Of a stretch of DNA of 64,000 nt, positions 56,952-64,000 are shown one piece after another. Position numbers and translations under genes: made by a program. Within the stretch, counting starts at the first letter, position 1. Every line of letters begins with the position of its first letter. The DNA lies in contig JANNIH010000013.1 of the NCBI GenBank assembly GCA_031404815.1, positions 45,196 through 109,195 of the forward strand. Direction: 5' to 3'. The DNA comes from Holophagales bacterium (GTDB lineage Bacteria > Acidobacteriota > Thermoanaerobaculia > Multivoradales > UBA5704). The notes under the pieces were generated by a model, which was given only the letters and a program-made list of their open reading frames with translations, was not told where the DNA came from and did not search any database.

Positions 56952-58723
56952 TTCAGTCCGGGACGATCCCCAAACCCGAGCGAGACGGGACGCCGCTCCC
57001 TCGGCCGGGGCTCCGGCCGAGGCTTTGGCCGGCCTTCGGATCGGCGCTCCTCGGCGCGCTCTGGGTCGCGCCACTCTGGCTGGTCCGTTTCCTGCCGATG
57101 GTCGACTATCCGCAGCAACTCGCAGCGGCGTCGATCCTCCGCTTCTATGAGGACCCAGCCCGGGCCCTGCGGCAGACCTACGAAATCGTACTGCTGCGTC
57201 CCCAGGGGCTGTTCGAGATGATCACCGCGGGCTTCGGGTTTGTGCTTCCGATCGAGGCCGCCGGCAAGCTCGTGGTCGCGCTCTCCCTGCTCGCCGTGCC
57301 ACTCGCCGTGGCTCTCGCCTGCCGCCGAACCGGCCGGCCGGCCTGGTACGCGCTGCTCGCCCTCGCGGTCACCTACAACCACGCCTTCACTTGGGGGTTT
57401 GTCGACAACCTCCTCGCCTATCCTCTCGTTCTGGTCGGGGTCGTCCTCGCGGACCGGTGCTTCGAGCGGCCGTTCGTTGGGAGATCGTGGGCGCTCCTCG
57501 CCGCGCTCGGCCTGTTGTTCTACACGGTCCACCTTGAGTTCCTGCTCATCTTTGCCGGCGCGATGGCTTGGTTCGCGCTGGTGCGCCGCCCACCCATTTT
57601 CCGGCTTGCGCTATGGCTCTCCCCTCTCTTGCCAGGGCTTCTCCTCGGCGTCGGGGTCCTCTCTTGGGCGCACCTTCATGCCGCAGAGGTGATGACCGGC
57701 TACCAGCAGGTTCTGGCTGCGGAACCGGCCCGGTTCGCGCCGCTCGCCGTGCGCACCGCCAACATCCCCGCCATCCTCTTCTCCGGCGGAGCGGACGACC
57801 TGCGCCTGCCCTTGACCGCGCTATTCTTCGGCGCGATCCTGCTACTCACCGTTAGGCGCGTTCCGCCCGATCACGGGAGCCTTGAGAGCGGCCTGCCCTT
57901 GGTTCGGACCCGGTATCTCTCTTTGGCCGCTTGGATCGCTCTCCTGTTCTTCACCCTTCCCAACATCGCGAGCGGATACCTGGTCTCGGACCGACTGCTC
58001 CCCTTGGCGGTGATGCTCGCGATCCCTGGCCTACCCTGCCCCCCTCCGGCCTCACGCCGACTCCGCCTGGCAGCTCTCTTGACCTTCGGGCTGCTCGCCC
58101 TCCAGCTGCTGCGGACGGCGACCGGCTGTTTGGACTTTGCGTCCGAAGTCAACGGATTGGGTGAGCTGATTGACCCGACCGAGCCGGGGCAATCGTTGGC
58201 CGGCCTGATCTACGAGCCCGGCGGCGAGCTCGGAGCGGACGGCTGGGAGGAGCCACCACTGCTGATCCACACGCCGGCCTACTACCAAGTCCAAAAGGGC
58301 GGTCGAATCCACTTCTCGTTCCTCCAATTCTTCAACTCGCCCGTGGCCTACCGCAAGGGGCAGAACGAGGACGACGCCCTCTTGGCCGAGTGGGACGAAT
58401 GGAACCCGCAGCGGTTCGTCGATCTGCGGCACGGCCCCCACTACCAATACTTCTTGGTGCGGGGCGGAGCGGAGCGCCTACCCGCCGCGTTCGGCCCGAA
58501 CCTCGCGCAGATGAAGGTCCAGCGGGCCGGGCGCTGGTTTTTGGTGGAGCGACCGCCGCGTTCCGAGGAACGGCGGCCGGTCCCAACCGCGCTTTCCACT
58601 CGGGTGCCTCCTCCGGCCCCCGCCTCGGTGTATCGTCTCCCACATGCCTCACCGATCGATCCTGACCGAGAGCCCGAGACCGGGACTCATGCTCACCACG
58701 CGCGAAGAGTTCGCCGCCCTTGA
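56948..58723 (+). CDS. Polytopic integral membrane protein (about 12 TM), hypothetical.
   Basis: Long hydrophobic N-terminal two-thirds with a soluble C-terminal domain. Confidence 0.5.
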   Translation: MIQSGTIPKPERDGTPLPRPGLRPRLWPAFGSALLGALWVAPLWLVRFLPMVDYPQQLAAASILRFYEDPARALRQTYEIVLLRPQGLFEMITAGFGFVLPIEAAGKLVVALSLLAVPLAVALACRRTGRPAWYALLALAVTYNHAFTWGFVDNLLAYPLVLVGVVLADRCFERPFVGRSWALLAALGLLFYTVHLEFLLIFAGAMAWFALVRRPPIFRLALWLSPLLPGLLLGVGVLSWAHLHAAEVMTGYQQVLAAEPARFAPLAVRTANIPAILFSGGADDLRLPLTALFFGAILLLTVRRVPPDHGSLESGLPLVRTRYLSLAAWIALLFFTLPNIASGYLVSDRLLPLAVMLAIPGLPCPPPASRRLRLAALLTFGLLALQLLRTATGCLDFASEVNGLGELIDPTEPGQSLAGLIYEPGGELGADGWEEPPLLIHTPAYYQVQKGGRIHFSFLQFFNSPVAYRKGQNEDDALLAEWDEWNPQRFVDLRHGPHYQYFLVRGGAERLPAAFGPNLAQMKVQRAGRWFLVERPPRSEERRPVPTALSTRVPPPAPASVYRLPHASPIDPDREPETGTHAHHARRVRRP

Positions 58724-59978
58724 CGCGGCGGACCCGCTTCGGTTCCACCGTGAGCGGTTCGTCCTGCCGGCAGGCCTGATCTATCTCGACGGCAACTCGC
58801 TCGGCGCGCTGCCGAAGGTGACGGCGGAGCGGGTCAGGAAGGCGATCGAGGAGGAGTGGGGGCGCGACCTGATCCGGAGTTGGAACAGTGCCGGCTGGAT
58901 CGACTTGCCCCTCGCAGTCGGCGACAAGATCGGCCGGCTGATCGGCGCCGCACCGGCCGAGACGGTGGTCGCCGACTCGACCTCGATCAACCTCTTTAAG
59001 GTGCTCGCGGCGGCGCTCGCGCTCCGCCCAGGGCGGCGGCGGATCGTGTCGCAGCGCGACAACTTCCCCACCGAACTCTACATCGCCCAAGGGCTCACCG
59101 GCCTGCTCGGGGGCGACTACGAGCTCACCCTGCTCGACGACGACCCGAGCGTCGAGGCGATCGAGAGCGCGCTCGCGGCGGGCGGCGGCGGTGACTCCGG
59201 TGACTCCGGTGACTCTAACATCGCGGTCCTCTTACTCACCCACGTCAACTACCGGACCGGGCGCCTGCACGACATCGAGCGGCTCTCGGCCGCAGCGCAT
59301 CGCGCGGGCGCCCTGGTGGTCTGGGATCTCGCGCACACCGCCGGGGCGATCCCGGTCGATCTGAATGCCGCCGACGCCGATTTCGCGGTCGGCTGCGGCT
59401 ACAAGTATCTGAACGGCGGCCCGGGGGCGCCCGCCTTCCTCTGGGTTGCCGCGCGCCACCAAGAGGTGTTCGCGCAGCCGCTCTCCGGCTGGCTCGGCCA
59501 TGAGGCGCCGTTCGATTTCGACCCGACCTACCGGCCCGCGCCGGGCATCTCCCGCTATCTGTGCGGCACCCCGCCGGTCCTCTCGATGACCGCGCTCGAC
59601 TGCGGGGTGGAGAGCGTGCTCGCCGCGGACCTCCAAGCGCTGCGCCAAAAATCGATGCGCCTCACCGACCTGTTTATCGAGTTGGTCGAGGCGCGCGTCG
59701 GTTCGGCTTCCGGTCTCACCCTCGCCTCACCCCGAAACGCGCTGGAGCGCGGCTCGCAGGTGAGCTTCCGCCACCGCCAAGGGTACGCGGTCATGCAGGC
59801 ACTGATCGCGCGCGGGGTGATCGGCGATTTTCGTGCGCCCGATATCCTTCGCTTCGGTTTCGCGCCGCTCTACCTGCGCTACGTCGATGTCTGGGATGCC
59901 GCCGAGGCACTCGGCGATCTGCTCCGCACCGGCGCCTGGGATCGCCCCGTACACCACCAGCGCGCGGCGGTGACTTAA
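58689..59978 (+). CDS. kynU: Kynureninase.
   Basis: [13 protein letters not shown]..., [15 protein letters not shown]-enzyme motifs. N-terminus collinear with bacterial KynU. Confidence 0.85.
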   Translation: MLTTREEFAALDAADPLRFHRERFVLPAGLIYLDGNSLGALPKVTAERVRKAIEEEWGRDLIRSWNSAGWIDLPLAVGDKIGRLIGAAPAETVVADSTSINLFKVLAAALALRPGRRRIVSQRDNFPTELYIAQGLTGLLGGDYELTLLDDDPSVEAIESALAAGGGGDSGDSGDSNIAVLLLTHVNYRTGRLHDIERLSAAAHRAGALVVWDLAHTAGAIPVDLNAADADFAVGCGYKYLNGGPGAPAFLWVAARHQEVFAQPLSGWLGHEAPFDFDPTYRPAPGISRYLCGTPPVLSMTALDCGVESVLAADLQALRQKSMRLTDLFIELVEARVGSASGLTLASPRNALERGSQVSFRHRQGYAVMQALIARGVIGDFRAPDILRFGFAPLYLRYVDVWDAAEALGDLLRTGAWDRPVHHQRAAVT

Positions 59979-59983
59979 AAGTG

Positions 59984-60862
59984 CCGTCCGACCGAAAGGC
60001 CTCCGAACCGTTGAGCCACATTCCAACCCCCACCGATCCGAGCGGCCGCCTGGGCGGCGCCCTCACCGACTTCGAAAAGCGGATGAGCTACGGCGACTAT
60101 CTGGCCCTCGACCAGATCCTCGACGCCCAGCATCCCCGTTCGGAAGACCCCAACGAATTGCTGTTCATCATCCAGCACCAGACCAGCGAGCTGTGGATCA
60201 AGCTGATGCTCCACGAGCTGGAGCAGGCGCTGGCTTGGATCCGCGGCGACCAGCTGCCCCCCGCCTTCAAATGCCTCGCGCGGGTGTCGCGCATCTTCGA
60301 GCAGCTGGTCCAATCCTGGAGCGTGCTCGCCACCCTCACGCCTTCCGAATACGCCCGCATCCGCCCGCACCTCGGCCATTCGAGCGGCTTTCAATCGTGG
60401 CAATACCGTCTGGTCGAGTTCTATCTCGGCAACAAGAGCGCGGTGCTCGTCGGGCCGCACACCCATCGCCCCGATCTGGTGGAGATCCTTGAGCGGGCGC
60501 TCGCCGCCCCGTCGCTCTACGACGAGGCGATCCGCCTGCTCGCCCGGCGCGGGTTCGCGATCGACCCGGCCGTCCTTGAACGCGACGTAGCGCTCCCCCA
60601 CACCTCAAACCCGAGTGTCGAAGAGGCATGGCTCACCATCTACCGCAACAGCGGTGAATACTTCGAACTCTACGAGCTGTCCGAGGAGTTGGTCGATCTG
60701 GAGGATACGTTCCTGCAATGGCGTTTCCGCCACATGGTGACGGTCTCGCGGATCATCGGCGCGAAACCCGGCACGGGCGGCACCGAAGGGGTGCCCTACC
60801 TGCGCCGGGTGCTCGAAACCCGACTCTTTCCCGAACTCTGGCAGGCGCGGTCGGAGCTGTAA
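59984..60862 (+). CDS. kynA: Tryptophan 2,3-dioxygenase. GTG start 5 nt after the kynU stop.
   Basis: [31 protein letters not shown] and WRFRHM..V.R.IG.K.GTGG are TDO signatures. N-terminal length matches Xanthomonas-type TDO. Confidence 0.85.
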   Translation, partial: PSDRKASEPLSHIPTPTDPSGRLGGALTDFEKRMSYGDYLALDQILDAQHPRSEDPNELLFIIQHQTSELWIKLMLHELEQALAWIRGDQLPPAFKCLARVSRIFEQLVQSWSVLATLTPSEYARIRPHLGHSSGFQSWQYRLVEFYLGNKSAVLVGPHTHRPDLVEILERALAAPSLYDEAIRLLARRGFAIDPAVLERDVALPHTSNPSVEEAWLTIYRNSGEYFELYELSEELVDLEDTFLQWRFRHMVTVSRIIGAKPGTGGTEGVPYLRRVLETRLFPELWQARSEL

Positions 60863-61012
60863 ACCGGGAAACGGCGGATCGGCAAGACCCGAATCGAGGA
60901 GGTGGACCGCGGTCGAGGAGGCTTTGTTGAGTTCCGAGGCGTGGGCTTCGTAGTTGAACGCGCACGCGATCAGTACGTCGAAATCCGCATCGACTGCCTC
61001 GCGCGCCACCGA

Positions 61013-61315
61013 CTATTCTTGCCGCTCGCGCCAGTAGTCCGGTTTGCGTCGATGGTGGGCGACAGCCAAGATCGTTACAACGCTCCCCACGACGTCGTAG
61101 AACACGGAGTAGGGGAATCGTCGCAGGATGTACTTTCGGTTTCCTTCGTCGTCCGCCGGCCAGGTCAACGGCGCCGTTGCGATTCGATCGACCGCATCGA
61201 AGACCTCGCTTCGAAACGCGTCCGCCGCGAGAGGGTTGCGTTCGCGGTACCAGAGATAAGCGTCGCCGATCTCGTCCTCTGCGGCGGGGGCGAACTCGGC
61301 GACAAACTCAATCAC
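61013..61315 (-). CDS. parE: ParE/RelE-family toxin. GTG start overlaps the antitoxin stop.
   Basis: ...RRFPYSVFYDVVGSVVTILAVAHHRRKPDYW. Confidence 0.7.
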   Translation of the reverse strand: MIEFVAEFAPAAEDEIGDAYLWYRERNPLAADAFRSEVFDAVDRIATAPLTWPADDEGNRKYILRRFPYSVFYDVVGSVVTILAVAHHRRKPDYWRERQE

Positions 61316-61539
61316 AGGGCGTTCAGCCGGGCGCGGACTTGGTCCCAAGGCACCGCGCGCACAACCCCCGAGCGAAGCTCGCTCTTGCGCTTGCGGATCT
61401 CGGCAGCCCAGGCCTCGGTCACCGAGTCGTCACCATCGAGACTGTCGAGACTGTCCATCAACAAGAGCGCCACCGCGGACCTCTCGTCCGGTGCGAGCTC
61501 TAGAGCTTCGTCGATGAGGCGATCAACGCGCGCGTTCAT
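61312..61539 (-). CDS. Addiction-module antitoxin (TIGR02574-like, partner of ParE).
   Basis: ...EAWAAEIRKRKSELRSGVVRAVPWDQVRARL is the conserved C-terminus of this antitoxin family. Confidence 0.65.
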   Translation of the reverse strand: MNARVDRLIDEALELAPDERSAVALLLMDSLDSLDGDDSVTEAWAAEIRKRKSELRSGVVRAVPWDQVRARLNAL

Positions 61540-61618
61540 TTCTGGAGTCTAACAGTCTTCGCCGCGAGCGAGGGGCACCCAGTGATCCGGTCGAGGAGGC
61601 TGATCATGGCAGGCAAAT

Positions 61619-64000
61619 CTAGGCCGTGGGCCTTGGAGGTGTCAACTTAGAGGCGAGCCTTCCAGCCATAACAACAATCGCGTCGCCGAACCTGGGTGTC
61701 TGCGCGAGGTCCTCGGCAAGGGGATTGATGAACACTTTTGGGTTCTCTAAGAATGCAGACGAGCGCGCGTACTCGGCAGCGATCTGCGGCGCGCTCACGT
61801 GTTCCAAGAAGCCTTCGCGCGAGAACACCTTCGCAGCCATCTTGCGCACCTCGGCGTCGGGATCCCGGAAGAATGGCGTCAAGGTGGCGATTGCCTCCGT
61901 CGCGATTCCCTCACCGGAGCACGCCACTGCCGCCACAGCGGCCACTCCACGGCGTTGGGAAGGGTTTCCGGTCTGGCATTGGCGCAATAACCCTCCGAGT
62001 CGCCCATCGAAAAGCCAGGCAGCGGCTATCAATTCGGCCCCCAACTGGGCAGCAGCGGCCACGTCGCTCGCGATCATGCGATGGAGGAGCGGTTCGAGGG
62101 CGTTCAGCTGTTCGCGCCAGACCCGGTCAACGAACCGACGCGCCTCCGAGGAGGCGAGCACACGGTCGTCTTCGTGGTCGCTGGCGGCCAGGAAAAGCTC
62201 GATTGCGGTCTGGGGGTCGTCAATGAGCAGCTGCCTCGCAGCGGCCTGGACTGCAACGCGTACCGCACCGTTAGGGTCTCCCGAAGCAACTTGAAATGCC
62301 CGCAAACGCCTTACCCGTAGCGCGTGATCCACCAGGGAAAGTGCTGCCAAGGCGGAAATCCACTCGATCGCCCGATCGGCGTGATCGCTCGCATTGAGCG
62401 CTATGAGGGTCGTGGCGGCGACTCGATCCTGTTGCGTTGACGCGCCTAACCGCTGGACGATCGCCAAGGCGGCGAAAGGCGATGCCTTGGCGAGTTCCTC
62501 GCCCGCCGCACCCAATCCGCTCACCACAACCTCTTCAAGTGGATGCCAGGTGAAGTAATCGCCAGACTCTGCCCGCCGCGCCGCCGCTTCGCCGATCCCG
62601 CCCAACAGCGGCAGGTAGAGATCGCAGGCTTCCTGCGGACACGCCTTGAAGGCAGCGCCGATAGCCTTCAATTGGTCGTCGTGAACCAGGTCCTGCATCG
62701 TTGCCTGGTCTTCTTTGGAGGGCTCCTCGAAGCGCCCGAGCGCTCCCTCCACGATCGCATGCACGAGCCTCAGCGCCTTTGAAGGCGCGCTCTCGACCAG
62801 AGGTTCGAGCATCAAGCCGAGTTGCGGGGCCGCCTCCCAGGGATGAGACCGGGCCAGCTTCAGCCGCTCCTCGAAAATTGAGGGTGAGTCGGTGGCGACA
62901 TCGTGGGGCAGCAGTCGGGCGATCTCTCTTGAAGCGTAGCCAGTCTCGCGGAGCACTGGGAGCGCGATCGCAGCGATCATGTCTCCCAACTGCTCGCTGC
63001 AGGAACCAAGGACCCCCAAAGCCATAGAGCGCAAGGCCGAATTCGAAGAGCGCAACCAGGGCGACACCAGACCTCTTTCAAGGATGGCCCGCGTCCATAG
63101 CGGCGAATAGGCGAGCAGGTGTTGCGAGAGATACTCGGTCAGCTCACCGGCCTGCAGAACTTCCACGACAAGATCAACTTCGGCGGTGAGAGGATCGTCC
63201 ACTTGGCGCAGCACTTGAACGGCCAAGTGGCGAAGATGGAATCGGATGTCGGAAGAGCTGAGCAGCTCAGCCATCGCTTGGACATACGTGGAAGGGTCAT
63301 CGTCCCGCAGCATCTGGAGCACCTGGCGCACCTGCTCGCGGCGAAAGAGGGACTGGTCACCCTCGAGCCATTGAAGGATTTTTGTCCCTTCAGCGAGGAT
63401 CTTCGAGACGACCCGCTGCGCGATCAGGTAATCGGCGTGTGCTTGGTGGGCGAATCGGACCCGTCCGCCTTGCTGCTGCAACAAGCCGAGGGACAGTAGC
63501 GCCTCGGCGGCCACAGTGTGTGAGTTCAACAGAACGCGAGGTGCGTCGAGCCGACGCTCCCGGTCGAGATAAGACACTAGCTGATCGAGCAGAGCGTTCA
63601 CGTCGGCGTCGCGGAGGCCACGCTCTATCCGCACTGCCTTGCGTTGTTGCTCCCAGTACGCCCGCAGGAGGTGGGTGCGACTGGCGAAATGCAGCGGTGG
63701 CTCCGACCGCCGAGCGATATCCACCCACAGGGCGAGGGTGAAAGCGTTGCGCAGCATCTGGCGAGGACAGCTTGGCGCCGATCCGCAACCGCTTCGAGGC
63801 AGGCGAGGGGATCGGCGAGAAGGCCGAGCTTGTCAGTACTGAACGCCTTCAGGTCGCAATCCGGGCGCTCGAGGTCCAAACGCAGCGGCAGGAACGGCAC
63901 CTGACGCTCCCTCAGTTCACGACAGACTTCCAGCAGGACGCCGGATTTACCACTTCCAGCTCCACCGGCGATCAGGATCACACCTGCGGGCGGGTCGTCC
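61619..64000 (-). CDS. Large P-loop NTPase (STAND/AAA-like) with a long helical-repeat C-terminal region. Partial, since the N-terminus lies beyond the window. It has an apparent frameshift near 63740-63757.
   Basis: Walker A LIAGGAGSGKSGVLLE at 63900-63950 in one frame. A downstream 712-aa Ala/Leu-rich repeat region sits in another frame, and the two overlap over about 130 nt. Confidence 0.45.

Overview
High-GC (~68-70%) bacterial chromosomal segment. The gene content looks like a soil Acidobacteria/Planctomycetes-type genome: a TIGR02999-type ECF sigma paired with a TPR Ser/Thr kinase, and a DUF1800/DUF1501 pair. Coding is dense on both strands, and many of the long six-frame ORFs are GC-driven antisense artefacts. 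Content, left to right: (1) the last genes of a contractile-tail (eCIS/prophage-like) locus, with the tail sheath at the window edge. (2) A periplasmic redox operon: secreted CxxCH protein, PQQ-type beta-propeller, MntP-like, sGDH-like PQQ sugar dehydrogenase. (3) An ECF sigma, Ser/Thr kinase and frameshifted M12B-like metallopeptidase (PKD plus DUF4082-like domains), followed by a GG-leader peptide gene. (4) An accessory patch (about 16.4-20.5 kb) holding a decayed toxin-antitoxin cluster in which the antitoxins are intact and the toxins deleted or truncated: orphan vapB, internally deleted higB with higA, MNT, and a brnT fragment with brnA. This patch is flanked by two unusual 21-bp-periodic degenerate tandem arrays and a duplicated higBA junction fragment. 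(5) lpd-pdhA-pdhB-E2 2-oxoacid dehydrogenase operon. (6) An MBL hydrolase and a second GG-leader, Cys/Thr/Ser-rich RiPP-like precursor, then hicBA. (7) fbaB, class A beta-lactamase, RNB RNase, ECF sigma, aroC, RRM protein. (8) A tight ACP-KS-CLF-flavin halogenase-carotenoid oxygenase-DUF4157 operon, flanked by two DMT exporters, a sulfotransferase, an FAD monooxygenase and a selenocysteine (in-frame TGA plus SECIS hairpin) deiodinase-like protein. (9) DUF1800/DUF1501, TPR protein, comEC, PLD, a zf-HC2 anti-sigma-like gene, kynU-kynA, parDE, and a partial frameshifted P-loop/STAND-like NTPase running off the window. No rRNA, tRNA or CRISPR array recognised.
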